Origin: an uncultured bacterium
Lineage (GTDB): Bacteria; Zhuqueibacterota; QNDG01; DSAB01
Direction: 5' to 3'
Assembly: GCA_964651045.1 (NCBI GenBank)
Contig: CAZYVD010000006.1
Span: 8,570-72,569, forward strand
Length of the DNA: 64,000 nucleotides
In this document: positions 50,767-61,800 of the stretch, in pieces
Position numbering within the stretch: the first letter of the stretch is position 1
Layout: each line of letters starts with the position of its first letter
Position numbers and translations under genes: made by a program
Notes under the pieces: generated by a model
Database searches by the model: none
The model's input: the letters and a program-made list of their open reading frames with translations, nothing else
What the model was told of the DNA's origin: nothing

Positions 50767-52476
50767 ATGGGATCAAAGATAAATGTACTTCCTGAAAGTG
50801 TAATGCGGCGAATTGCAGCCGGGGAGGTAGTTGAAAGGCCTGCCTCTGTTGTTAAGGAACTGATCGAAAATTCTATCGATGCTGGAGCCACAAGTATATC
50901 TCTATATATAAAGGGAAGCGGGATAGACCTAATATGCGTAACAGACAATGGAGAGGGAATGAGTCAGGAGGATGCTCTAATATGCTGTAAGAAGCATGCC
51001 ACGAGTAAGATCTCAAATTATGAAGATCTTGAAAGAGTAACTACCATGGGATTCAGGGGAGAGGCACTATCAAGCATAGCTGCTGTATCGAGGATGGAGA
51101 TAACAACGCGTACAGATGATGAGCAGGAGGCTACTCGTATCTATATTGAAGCTGGCAGGATTGGTGAGGTTTCGAAGGTGGCTGCAAACAGGGGAACCAA
51201 GATTGTTGTAAAGGATCTATTTGGTAATGTACCTGCGAGAAGAAAATTTTTAAAAAGTCCAGCTACAGAGTTGAGACACATTGTTTCAGTATTCAGAAGG
51301 ATAAGTATTGCGTTTCCAGAGATCGATTTTTCTCTTTTTGTGGAAGATCAGAAGACCCTTGACCTGAGGAAAAGCTCACTTAAGGAAAGATTGAAGGAGC
51401 TTATAACAGAACATAATTTTAAAAGATTGATTCATTTCGATTCTCAGTTTTCGGGTATCAGGATTAAGGGCTATATAAGCCGCTTTGAACATTCTGGAAA
51501 AAGCAGGACCAATCAGATGATTTTCTTGAATAATAGATATATAGTAAGTAAGAGTCTAACTCACGGAATTTTATCAGCTTACGGTCCATCGGCTGAGAGA
51601 AGTATATATCCTCAATATTTCATATTTCTGGAGATGGATCCCAGCCAATTTGATGTCAATGTCCATCCAACAAAGATAGAGGTAAGGTTTCGTGATGAGA
51701 AGTATGTCCATGATGCATTGAAAAGGTCTGTACAAAATGTGCTAAAGGAGTCTGTATCGCTACCCGACTTCAGGGTTGTAAAGGGGAGTAGAAGTGGTTC
51801 GAGTAGTTTAAGATTTACCCGAAAAAGTCGAGGGAATTCTGCTCAACTTACACTGATAGCTCAGAGCCCCGGGCTAGAAGTAAATGAAAAGGAGTATTTA
51901 TCAAAAGAGGTAGAAAAACCGCTTCTCTGGCAGATTCACAATAAATATATACTCTCACAGATAAAGAGCGGTCTCACAATCATAGATCAGCATGTTGCAC
52001 ATGAAAGAATTATATATGAAAGCGTGATTCAGTCGAGAAGCAGAGATTCCATTCCATCCCAGCAGCTTCTTTTTCCCCAGACAATTCAATTAGAACAGAA
52101 CGATTACGAAGTATTGATTGAGATATTACCACATCTTGAAAGGATTGGGTTTGGACTCAAAGATTTTGGTGGAAATACAGTTGTCATAGAGTCTATTCCA
52201 ATGGATGTTAAGGCTGGAAGAGAAAGAGAAATACTTACTGAAATAATAGAATCTTATAAGAACGATAGAAGTGGCATAGAGGATGTATGGGATACTGTTG
52301 CAAAGACTTTTGCCTGCAAGGCAGCAGTAAGGGCGGGAGATCCATTGAAGTATCATGAAATGGCCTCACTCGTTGATCGTCTGTTTGCAACAAAAGAACC
52401 ATATTTCTGTCCTCATGGAAGACCCATTATTATAAATCTAACCCTTGATGAAATTGATAAGAGATTTGGTCGTTAA
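50767..52476 (+). CDS. mutL: DNA mismatch repair protein MutL
   Basis: GHKL ATPase N-terminus (RIAAGEVVERPASVVKELIENSIDAGAT) and a C-terminal dimerisation domain. Confidence 0.9.
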   Translation: MGSKINVLPESVMRRIAAGEVVERPASVVKELIENSIDAGATSISLYIKGSGIDLICVTDNGEGMSQEDALICCKKHATSKISNYEDLERVTTMGFRGEALSSIAAVSRMEITTRTDDEQEATRIYIEAGRIGEVSKVAANRGTKIVVKDLFGNVPARRKFLKSPATELRHIVSVFRRISIAFPEIDFSLFVEDQKTLDLRKSSLKERLKELITEHNFKRLIHFDSQFSGIRIKGYISRFEHSGKSRTNQMIFLNNRYIVSKSLTHGILSAYGPSAERSIYPQYFIFLEMDPSQFDVNVHPTKIEVRFRDEKYVHDALKRSVQNVLKESVSLPDFRVVKGSRSGSSSLRFTRKSRGNSAQLTLIAQSPGLEVNEKEYLSKEVEKPLLWQIHNKYILSQIKSGLTIIDQHVAHERIIYESVIQSRSRDSIPSQQLLFPQTIQLEQNDYEVLIEILPHLERIGFGLKDFGGNTVVIESIPMDVKAGREREILTEIIESYKNDRSGIEDVWDTVAKTFACKAAVRAGDPLKYHEMASLVDRLFATKEPYFCPHGRPIIINLTLDEIDKRFGR

Positions 52477-52482
52477 GAGGCG

Positions 52483-53406
52483 ATGAACAGAAGAATTGCA
52501 CTCTTGATTGTTGGTCCAACAGCATCGGGTAAATCTGAACTAGCCCTGAGAATATCTGAACTTTTAGAGTGTGAGATAGTTTCGGCCGACTCTCGCCAGA
52601 TCTTTCGTTATATGGATATTGGAACAGCCAAACCATCTGTCGAGGAGAGAAAAAGAGTGGTTCATCATTGCATCGATATAGTAGATCCGGATGAATATTT
52701 TAGTGCTGGAGAGTATGGCAAGATTGCACGAAACATAATCGAAGATATATTAGATAGAAAAAAGATTCCAGTAGTAGTAGGGGGGTCGGGGCTCTATATA
52801 AGGGCATTGGTAGAGGGAATATTTGAGGGAGATTATAGGGATCCGCAGTTAAGAGAGGAGTTGAAAAAAAAGATATCGAGCTGTGGGATCGATGAGGTAT
52901 ACAATGAGCTGAAGAAAGTCGATCCAAAAACAGCATCAAGAATACATCCAAATGATAAGAAAAGGATCATAAGGGCACTGGAAGTATTCAGGCTTTCCGG
53001 ACAACCCATGTCGAAAATGCAAGAAGAGAGAACAATTGCTGCCAATTTTAAGACACTATTTTTCGGACTGAAGTGGCCGAGAGAGCAGCTCAATAAAAGA
53101 ATAGATTTAAGAGTAGAAAAAATGTTAAAATGGGGCCTTATTGATGAGGTGAGAAGATTAAGATCGATGGGTTATGATCTGAGATACAACAGCATGGATT
53201 CTGTAGGATATAAGGAGCTGTTTCGATATCTCAATGGAGAAATTAGCCTTGAGGAGGCGGTTAACAGTATAAAGAGAAATACAAGACGCTTTGCCAAAAG
53301 ACAGATGACATGGTTTCGAAAGAATGGTAGAATTATATGGATTGAATTGAAAGAGCCTGTTGATTGGCATGATGTGGCAGTCCATGTAGTCGAATCTATT
53401 AAATAA
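52483..53406 (+). CDS. miaA: tRNA dimethylallyltransferase
   Basis: P-loop IVGPTASGKSELAL and DSRQIFRYMDIGTAKP. Confidence 0.9.
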   Translation: MNRRIALLIVGPTASGKSELALRISELLECEIVSADSRQIFRYMDIGTAKPSVEERKRVVHHCIDIVDPDEYFSAGEYGKIARNIIEDILDRKKIPVVVGGSGLYIRALVEGIFEGDYRDPQLREELKKKISSCGIDEVYNELKKVDPKTASRIHPNDKKRIIRALEVFRLSGQPMSKMQEERTIAANFKTLFFGLKWPREQLNKRIDLRVEKMLKWGLIDEVRRLRSMGYDLRYNSMDSVGYKELFRYLNGEISLEEAVNSIKRNTRRFAKRQMTWFRKNGRIIWIELKEPVDWHDVAVHVVESIK

Positions 53407-53408
53407 AT

Positions 53409-54128
53409 CTAAATAAATTTTTCACGTTTCTGTAGAAGAAATAGTGCCCACAGAACTGATATGATGGTTCCAATGGCAAGATATATCCTGTTTTCCAATA
53501 TAATGCCTGACCATATTGCTTCATTTATATCGGATGGGAGGTAGAATGGATTTAAAAATACGTTCCACTTGCTGCGTATTAGTATTCCACTGCCAATCCA
53601 GAAACCGAGTCCGATTATAATCATCAATACAGCCGTGCCATACCCATTTCTAACCATTGATGAAAACATAAAGGCAAGAGCACCTATAAAGCATATAGGA
53701 AACATGAGATGAAAGACCATCTCTATGATGGGAAAGGTTACGATTGCAATGTAACTCATGATACTTAGTAATAAAAGTATTAGTGCTACGATTACATAGA
53801 TCTGGATCAATCGAACAAGCCAGACCTTGTACCGATAGTTGGCAATCCCAAATATTATTTCAATCATCTGATAATCTACATCGTTTTGAATTCCAAATGT
53901 GGTTGGATAGAATATGATTAAAATACCTGGAAAGAGAAGCCAGTAATATACCATTCCTGATGATGGATTTGAATCGGAGAATAGATTAGCAATAACTATT
54001 ATCATGAAAAATAGTACTGCTCCAGTCAGGAAAAAGATAAACTTATTTGAGAATATTATTTTAAGATTATAGCGAAATATCCTGAAACAAAGATCGATAC
54101 TATTTTTTAGAAATTTTTGTGATTTCAT
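53409..54128 (-). CDS. ABC-2-type transporter permease
   Basis: 239 aa, 6 predicted TM helices. The start overlaps the ATPase-containing upstream ORF by 4 nt (ATGA). Confidence 0.6.
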   Translation of the reverse strand: MKSQKFLKNSIDLCFRIFRYNLKIIFSNKFIFFLTGAVLFFMIIVIANLFSDSNPSSGMVYYWLLFPGILIIFYPTTFGIQNDVDYQMIEIIFGIANYRYKVWLVRLIQIYVIVALILLLLSIMSYIAIVTFPIIEMVFHLMFPICFIGALAFMFSSMVRNGYGTAVLMIIIGLGFWIGSGILIRSKWNVFLNPFYLPSDINEAIWSGIILENRIYLAIGTIISVLWALFLLQKREKFI

Positions 54129-57100
54129 TGTTCTTGACTCACCATAGATGATTTTTCCTTTAACAACCAGAGATATGCATCTTCGAGTGTTGGAAGAACA
54201 CTCTTTGCATTCTTATATGGTTTTTTCTCTGATATGCATCTCACTCTTATTTTCTTGCCATCTCGCATGTGATGAACAACCAGCATACTCTTTCTTAGAG
54301 ATTCAAACTCTTCTAAATTTACCACAAACTGCCAGACATGACCTCTTGCAATGTGGGTCATATCAACAGGATTGCCGAGATATTTTAACTCTCCCTTATT
54401 TAGAACGGCTACTTTGTTACAGGAACTCGAGATGTCCTCTATAATATGAGTAGAGAATATTACAACTCTGTCGCGGCTTAGCTCCACCAAAAGATTGCGG
54501 AATCTTATACGCTCCCTGGGATCGAGTCCTGCTGTGGGTTCATCCACCACTAAAATGCGCGGAAGATGAAGAAGGATTTGTGCAATTCCAATTCTCTGTT
54601 TCATTCCTCCTGAGAATGATCCTATTCTATCATGTTTGTGCTCATCCATATGAACCGCAGAGAGCACATAATCAACTCTTTTCTCTCTTTCTTTTCTATC
54701 TATTATGTTTTTTAGGATTGCCTGATAGTTAAGAAATTCCCAGGCAGTCATATTCTCATAGGCTCCAAACTCCTGTGGAAGGTATCCAATCAGTCCCTGA
54801 AGTTCCTCTCTATATTTATTTACATCCAGGCCATTAATCCATATTTTCCCATAACTCTGTTCCAAAATGCCGCATATTATTCTCATTAGAGTGGTCTTTC
54901 CTGCACCGTTTGGGCCAAGCAGTCCAAACATTCCGCTTCCAATTTCGACAGATATTCTGTTTAATGCTCTGAATGGCCGTTTTTTTCTTCCAATGAAGGG
55001 TATCAACTGAACAAATCTGTAGAATCCTTTTCTCAGCCCACTGAGTTTTCCATCTATTCTTGCGATGTTTATCTTTTTACTATGAATTCTGTTGGATGTA
55101 GTGTAGATTATCAGCAGGAACGACCATATGAATCCGATCAAAAGAACCACTCCGATATTGTGCCACTTCATTTGAAATATTATCAAATTAATTAGTGGGA
55201 ATCCCCAGAAAAAAGATCTATCAATCGTATTTGCCAGTTTTTTATTCGAGCGGTTGGTAAGATAGAGTCGAATTGGATGGAGGAGAAAGAATATATAAGT
55301 GTAAAGCAGGTGAGAGAGTATGAAGATCCACAATCCACTGCGAATATAGAAATAGATAAAGTAGATAAGAAATCCGAGTAGAGGTATCTTCCAGAGATAT
55401 GAATCAAAATCTCTCAAAGAGAGGTAGGCCTTTGCAGTACCAGAATGTTTTTCGATTCTTTCGCCTTTCTTCCATTCCCTGATAAACCTGCTCTCACGGT
55501 CATAGATCTTTACTAGATTCTGTATCTTTATGATGATCTTTTCGTCTCTTCCTATAAGCCTTGTCTTTGCCTGTCGGAGAGAAGTCATAATAAAATATGT
55601 CAGGGCAGGTATTGTTACAACAGATGAAACAGATGCAATGATTTTCCATATAAAATTGTGAATGTTGTTAAGTATGAACCAGAAGCATAATATGAGCAGA
55701 ATGAGGTGAAAAATTTTAATCTTCCAGTTCAGGCTCTTTTCCCAGTTTATTGCATTCTCCATTCCAGAATAGAATGTTGGAATAATTATTAATGTAAGAA
55801 GCGTGGAGAGTGAAAGTCCGCCTATTACTGTAATAGCAAATGGTGCTCCTATCTGTGTGACATATTCAGCCTTTCCGAGTGCAAGTGGAATCATTGCAGT
55901 TATGGTGGTCACGGCAGTTATCGTTATTGGACGCAGCCTGGCCTGGCCTGCAGTAATCAACGCCCTGTTTCTTGTGAATCCTCTCTTCCTCAGTATTCTT
56001 GTGTAGTCGATCAGGATGATGGAGTTGTTTACAACTATTCCGAGCAGAATTATGAATCCCATGAGAGTGTTGGCATTAGATAGACCGTGACCGGTAAAAA
56101 TAAGAAGCCAGAATGAGCCTGCAGCAGCAAATGGAATTGAAAACATTATTACAAGGGGAAGATAGAAAGATTCGAAAACCGCTGATAGAATCATGTAGAT
56201 CAATATAAAGGCTGCACCTATTAGATAGTAGAACTCTGTTAGCTCAGTTTCATCATGCAGAACCTCAAGTGCAATGCCAGCAGGCACTCTCATCTCAGAT
56301 ATCAGGTTGTCGATCTTTTCTCTTGCCGCTTTGAGCAGTCCTTTGGATTGATTTATTTCATCAAGAAATTTGTATACAACCTCGATCTGTCTCTCCTGAT
56401 TTACTCTTCTTATGCTGCCGAGTCCAGATGCAAATACGATATTTGAAATATGTTGTAGCTGACTGACGCTTCCACCAGCTCCTACTATGGTCAGATTCCT
56501 GAGATCGTCGATTGTCTTGTTCTTTTTCTCCTCCTGACTTGTGCTGATGATTATCTCATATTCTTCATTTCCCTGTTTGAAAACCATTCCAGATGGGAAC
56601 TGATTCTGGAAGGTTGAGAGTTCTCTTGAAACAGAAATCGCATCGATTCCAAAATGACTCGTAATATACTTGTCAAAATAGATGTGGACCTCCGGTCTCT
56701 CTTTGGAGATATTCATCCTGACCCAGTCGATCTCGTCTATGTTTTCAAGAAAATATTCTATATCTTCTGCCGTCTTTTTCATTCTATTAAAATCTCTTCC
56801 CTTGATCACTATTCTTTCTCTTTGAGTGCCAATCCCAAGCATTCTCAGAAAACCTTCTCCAGGGTTGATTGTTCCGCCTCGTTTGGAGCCTGCAAAAGTG
56901 ATCTGAGGCTGTTCGAATGTGATATCGCCAAGGTAAAAGTCATCTATTCTTTTTTTAATATCGTTTTTAATTTGTGCAACAGTTCGATTCTTAATTTTTT
57001 CAAAATTATCTTTAAGAGTAATTGTTATTGTTGCCTCACCAGCATCTATTTTACTGATCACTTCCTCTTTTTCCTCTAAACCCTCCAGCCTTTTTTCAAT

Positions 57101-58861
57101 CTCGACCACTGCGAGATCGGTACTTTCCAGTGTTGTTCCTTCCGGCATTGTAAGTGACAGGTTGAATTCAGGGGTCTCGATCTCTCTTGATACATCAAAA
57201 CTAAGTGCAAGGCAGATAAAAACACTCAGGATAGTAAATATTGAAGCGCCTATCAAGGTGCGAACAGGATACCTCATACACGATTTTAAGAGAAGAGTAT
57301 ATATTTGTATGATGCGGCTGTTCTGGGATATATGCCTGAAAACAGAGTTAGAAATATCAGACCTTCGGGTCAGATAGTAATGTACAACCATTGGAATTAG
57401 AAACAGAGCAACGATTAAGGATACAAACAAGGTGGAGATTATTGATATGGAAACATGACGGCCGAACAGCTTAATAAAAAAATTTGATGTAAATGCAAAT
57501 GGAACAAATACAACTACTGTTGTAAGAGTTGCAGCAAAAATTGACCGCCACACCTCTCGTGTCCCCTGAATTACAGCTGTATCCCTTTCCTTTCCCCTGG
57601 ATACTAATCTGTAAATGTTTTCAAGAACAACCACACTGTTGTCTAGGAGCATTCCTATTGCAAGGGCCATACCGACCATTGTCAATGTATTTATTGTGAT
57701 ACCAAAACCATAGAAAAGGTTAAATGTTGTGAATACTGAAATGGGTATTGCAAGTGCTATGACAAACACGAGTTTTAAATTTTTTAAAAAGATCCACAGT
57801 ATTGCTACAGCCAGAATACCACCCACTATTGCAAGCTGTATGATTAGTTTTATGTTTTTCTCCATTATTTCGGCAGTGTTTGACTGGATGATTATCTCTA
57901 TATCCTTATATTTCAGTCTTTCATTGAGTTTCTTGATGAGCTCTTTTGTTGTATGTGAGAGGTCGATTAAGTTAACTCTCTGATCACGAATGAGTCTTAC
58001 AGTAACCGCTTCCTTTCCATTGACTCTACTTATAGATGTTTCCTCTTTTACCCCAAAATTTATATCAGAAACATCTTTTAAAAAGATAGGTCCGGTGTTG
58101 GATATAACAATATTTTCGAGATCGCTAATCTTTTCATATTCGGCAATAACATTTACATAATATTTTTTATTACTGTTGTAGAGGCTTCCTACAAAGCTTC
58201 TATTTTGTCCATTCTGAAGAATAGCAGACCTTATTTGATATGGCGTTATCCCTAATGCATGGCATACATCTTCGTCTATCACTATTTCAACAGATTTTTC
58301 TCTGCCTCCATATACACTAACGCCAGCAATCCCGTCTACAGTTTCGAGTTCACCAACTATCTCTTGGTCAGTGATGTTCCTGACCCTGTCTACGCCTCCA
58401 CTGCCTCGTACCTGAAGCTCCATAAAGAGATTTGACAGTTGTTCTGTGTCGATTTTTATGACATTTACAACAAATTCATCAGGCAATGATGATTTTATTT
58501 CATTGACCTTTTCCTGAAGCTTTAGATAGGCATATTTTATATCAACATTCTGCCTGAAGTAGAGAGTTATCGTGCCCCTCCGACTATCTATAAATGTTTG
58601 TATCTCCTCGATTCCCTCAAGAGTGCTGATTGCACCTTCTAATGGAATAACTGCCTGTGTTTCGACATAGGATGGTGTAACTTCGAGTAGTGTATTGATC
58701 TGAACAATCAGTAAAGGGAGTTCGGCATCTGGATAGAGTTCAACAGCAAGATTTCTATATGATATATAACCAAGCATGGTCAGACCTACAAACACCATGC
58801 TGATAAATGTCTTTCTTGTCAGGATCAATCGAGATAGGAGGCTTTTTGTTATCTTTTCCAT
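54125..58861 (-). CDS. Fusion protein of 1578 aa: complete RND (AcrB/HAE-type) efflux permease (about aa 1-1035), a 2-TM linker, and a C-terminal ABC-transporter ATP-binding domain (about aa 1108-1578) interrupted by a membrane-helix insert
   Basis: N-terminal 12-TM RND architecture with two large periplasmic loops, a TM4-like AIGMLLDNSVVVLENI and a last TM ending IIIPTFY. It continues without a stop into Walker A GLLGPNGAGKTT, Q-loop YLPQE, signature FSGGMKQR, Walker B ILVVDEP, D-loop AGLD and H-loop FSTHII. The ORF is continuous in the six-frame track. Confidence 0.7.
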   Translation of the reverse strand: MEKITKSLLSRLILTRKTFISMVFVGLTMLGYISYRNLAVELYPDAELPLLIVQINTLLEVTPSYVETQAVIPLEGAISTLEGIEEIQTFIDSRRGTITLYFRQNVDIKYAYLKLQEKVNEIKSSLPDEFVVNVIKIDTEQLSNLFMELQVRGSGGVDRVRNITDQEIVGELETVDGIAGVSVYGGREKSVEIVIDEDVCHALGITPYQIRSAILQNGQNRSFVGSLYNSNKKYYVNVIAEYEKISDLENIVISNTGPIFLKDVSDINFGVKEETSISRVNGKEAVTVRLIRDQRVNLIDLSHTTKELIKKLNERLKYKDIEIIIQSNTAEIMEKNIKLIIQLAIVGGILAVAILWIFLKNLKLVFVIALAIPISVFTTFNLFYGFGITINTLTMVGMALAIGMLLDNSVVVLENIYRLVSRGKERDTAVIQGTREVWRSIFAATLTTVVVFVPFAFTSNFFIKLFGRHVSISIISTLFVSLIVALFLIPMVVHYYLTRRSDISNSVFRHISQNSRIIQIYTLLLKSCMRYPVRTLIGASIFTILSVFICLALSFDVSREIETPEFNLSLTMPEGTTLESTDLAVVEIEKRLEGLEEKEEVISKIDAGEATITITLKDNFEKIKNRTVAQIKNDIKKRIDDFYLGDITFEQPQITFAGSKRGGTINPGEGFLRMLGIGTQRERIVIKGRDFNRMKKTAEDIEYFLENIDEIDWVRMNISKERPEVHIYFDKYITSHFGIDAISVSRELSTFQNQFPSGMVFKQGNEEYEIIISTSQEEKKNKTIDDLRNLTIVGAGGSVSQLQHISNIVFASGLGSIRRVNQERQIEVVYKFLDEINQSKGLLKAAREKIDNLISEMRVPAGIALEVLHDETELTEFYYLIGAAFILIYMILSAVFESFYLPLVIMFSIPFAAAGSFWLLIFTGHGLSNANTLMGFIILLGIVVNNSIILIDYTRILRKRGFTRNRALITAGQARLRPITITAVTTITAMIPLALGKAEYVTQIGAPFAITVIGGLSLSTLLTLIIIPTFYSGMENAINWEKSLNWKIKIFHLILLILCFWFILNNIHNFIWKIIASVSSVVTIPALTYFIMTSLRQAKTRLIGRDEKIIIKIQNLVKIYDRESRFIREWKKGERIEKHSGTAKAYLSLRDFDSYLWKIPLLGFLIYFIYFYIRSGLWIFILSHLLYTYIFFLLHPIRLYLTNRSNKKLANTIDRSFFWGFPLINLIIFQMKWHNIGVVLLIGFIWSFLLIIYTTSNRIHSKKINIARIDGKLSGLRKGFYRFVQLIPFIGRKKRPFRALNRISVEIGSGMFGLLGPNGAGKTTLMRIICGILEQSYGKIWINGLDVNKYREELQGLIGYLPQEFGAYENMTAWEFLNYQAILKNIIDRKEREKRVDYVLSAVHMDEHKHDRIGSFSGGMKQRIGIAQILLHLPRILVVDEPTAGLDPRERIRFRNLLVELSRDRVVIFSTHIIEDISSSCNKVAVLNKGELKYLGNPVDMTHIARGHVWQFVVNLEEFESLRKSMLVVHHMRDGKKIRVRCISEKKPYKNAKSVLPTLEDAYLWLLKEKSSMVSQEQ

Positions 58862-58897
58862 AACCTGCCGATCGATTTTCTGGTAAGGATCAGAAAT

Positions 58898-61800
58898 CTA
58901 TTTTTTCCTTATCGATGTTCTGGCGATTTCCAGCACATTGTAGACACATGGAATCACCAGTAATGTAAGTAGGGTAGAGGTGACAAGTCCACCGATTACC
59001 GCCAGAGCCATGGGAGCCCTCAAGGCTGCTCCCTCCCCAAAGCCAAGTGTTAAAGGAAGGAGTGCGAGTATTGTTGTAAGGCTAGTCATTATTATGGGTC
59101 GTATTCTTCTCTGGCCAGCTTCTGTGATTGCTTCCTCTATTGAAATTCCTTTTTCCCTTAGTCTGGTTATTGCATCTACAAGAATTATTGAATCATTAAC
59201 AGCAATACCAACGAGCATTATGATTCCAATTACAGCAATGATATTAAGTGGTTTCCCAATTATAAAGAACATCAGTATGGCACCAACAACTGCTAATGGG
59301 ATAGTTAAAATTATTGTAAAGGGATGAACAAGAGATTCGAATGTTGATGCAAGAACCATATAGACTAAAATTACAGAGAGTATCAGTGCAAAGCCAAGGT
59401 TTCTCATGGCAACTTTTCGCTTCTGTTCTGCCCCTGTGATCTCATACCGGTAGTCGGGAGGAAAATCGATAGAACCAAGCTTCGATTCTATCTCGTGGAT
59501 TATGTGATTAAATGGACGAGAGCTCTGGATATGTGCGCTCACCTGTCCGATCCTTGTCTGGTTTCTTCTGAGTATTTTTTTAGGCGCTCTTGTAATTCTT
59601 ATTGATGCAACATCATCGAGGAGTATTTTTCTATTACCGCTTGTAAGTTCGATATCCCTGAGTTGATCTATACTAACATCGGGGAGGCGTATTGTGATGT
59701 CTTTTAATTCACCTTCCGATTCCCATTGACCTGCACTCTTGCCCATCAGCCGATCTCTGAGCTGAGATGTTATCTGATTTACTGTTATATTATACACTCC
59801 TGCTCGCATTCTATCGACAACTACTTCTATCTCAGGAGCACCCTCTTCGAAACTTGTCTCAACATTAAACAGCTCTTTTATCTCGATCATTTTGTTTTTT
59901 ACCTGCTCTGTAAGCTCTTCTATGACAGAGAGCTCTTTTCCCTTTACCTCTACAACAACAGGAGCAGACTCTGTTCCTGTTACAGTCTGAAGGGCTGTCT
60001 GATCCTGAATGAATTTGACCTCAAGATCTGGAATATTTTGAGCGATTGTACTGAGGTTTTCTATTATTTCTTCTGAGGATTTTTCTCTATCTGGTCTTAA
60101 TACTATTTTTATTAATGCACTGTTTTCACCCTCAAGGATAGAGTTCTCTGTGCTACCAAAACTCTCCGAAGGTCCTATCCTTGCATATAGAGTCTCAAGG
60201 TCTTTTCCGATTGCCCTGCGGAATAGATTTTCAACATTATCTACAACTTGTTCCGTACGACGCAGCTCTGTTCCCTCTGGGAGGATCAGTTCCACAGAAA
60301 ACTGTCCCGAATCTATATATGGAATAAATTCGCTTCCCACTATTGGGAAAAGAAGTACTCCTGTTGCTATCAGTGCAGCAGCCGCTGCTATAACATACCA
60401 CTTTATTTTAAGGACTCTTTCAAGAAATTTTTTATACCATTCGAAGCGAATTGATTTCCCTACAGTAGAGACATTTTTGCGGAGAAATTTTGAGGTGAGC
60501 ATTGGAATTACAAGAATGGCAACAATTAGTGAAGAGAGAAGGGAAAAGGCAACAGTCAATGCCTGATCTTTAAACAACTCTCCTGCAGCATGGTGAATGT
60601 AAACAATTGGAAGAAACACAACGATTGTTGTTATTGTGGAAGCTGTTATTGCACCACCGACCTGTGCTGTTCCTGTAACTGATGCCTCGCGGATCGAGAG
60701 ACCGGACTCAATGTTTCGAAATATGTTTTCCATTACAACTATTGCATTATCAACAAGCATACCGGCTCCGAGTGCAAGTCCACCGAGTGTCATTATGTTT
60801 ATGGTCAATCCTGTGAAGTACATAAGGTTGAATGTTGCAACAATCGACATGGGAATGGCAAGGCTTATGATTGCAGTTGTACCGATCCTTCTGAGAAATA
60901 CATATAGTATGACTACTGCAAGTATGACTCCAATGAGGCCAGTTTCTTTTACCTCGTTTACTGCCTTCTGGATAAAGTCACCCTGATTTTGAATTATTGT
61001 GAATTCATAGCCAGGCAGTGCCTTTTTAATAGATTCTAATACCTTTTTTAACTGATTTACAGCGTTTATTGTATTGAATTTGGTTTCTTTATATATGGAG
61101 AGTCCAAGACAGCGTTTTCCATTTACACGAACAATATTTATCGGTTCTTTATTTGACAGATTCACTTCTGCTACGTCTTTTAAAAATATTGGGACCCTTT
61201 GTGCTGAACTATCCTGCAATGAAATTTCTTGGTAATTTTGTTGACTTCTGTAGTCTATTATCAGATTTTTTATATCATCAAGTGATTGAAATTCTCCAAT
61301 TCCCTTTATTATGTATTGAGTACCCATTTCAACAATTGTTCCGCCAGATATGTTTCTATTTATGCTCTGGATTCTGTTTGTTATAGTTTCTGGATAGATT
61401 CCATAGGCCCTGAGCAGATATGGATCGGTCCTGATTACTACCTCTTTTTCTTCTTTACCTGAGATTTCTACCTCTGCTATTCCTTCGAGTCTTATCAGTT
61501 CGTTTCTAATATAGTTTTCGGCAATCTTACGAAGGTCATCCATATCGTCGATGTCTGGATTGTACATGCCTACTATCATTACAGGTTCTTCGTTTGGATT
61601 GTGCTGGGTTATGTTGAGTAGATCTATATTTGAGTTTTGGCTGTACCCGGTAAGCGCCTTCTGAAGGTCAAGGAAGGCTTCTTCCATGTCTGCATCGTTT
61701 TGATACTCTACTGTTATCTGTGCAGAGCCCACTTTGGATATAGAAGAGACCTGAATCACCTTTTTCTGTCTTATTGCTATAGACTCTATGTTTCTTACAA

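Noticed and set aside
54125-58861. RND::ABC continuous ORF as a simple sequencing frameshift joining two genes
   Set aside because: This cannot be excluded without reads. It was not dismissed because the ORF is uninterrupted for about 810 nt between the recognisable RND end and the Walker A, and that stretch itself encodes coherent TM helices rather than out-of-frame junk. It is kept as a finding, with verification needed.
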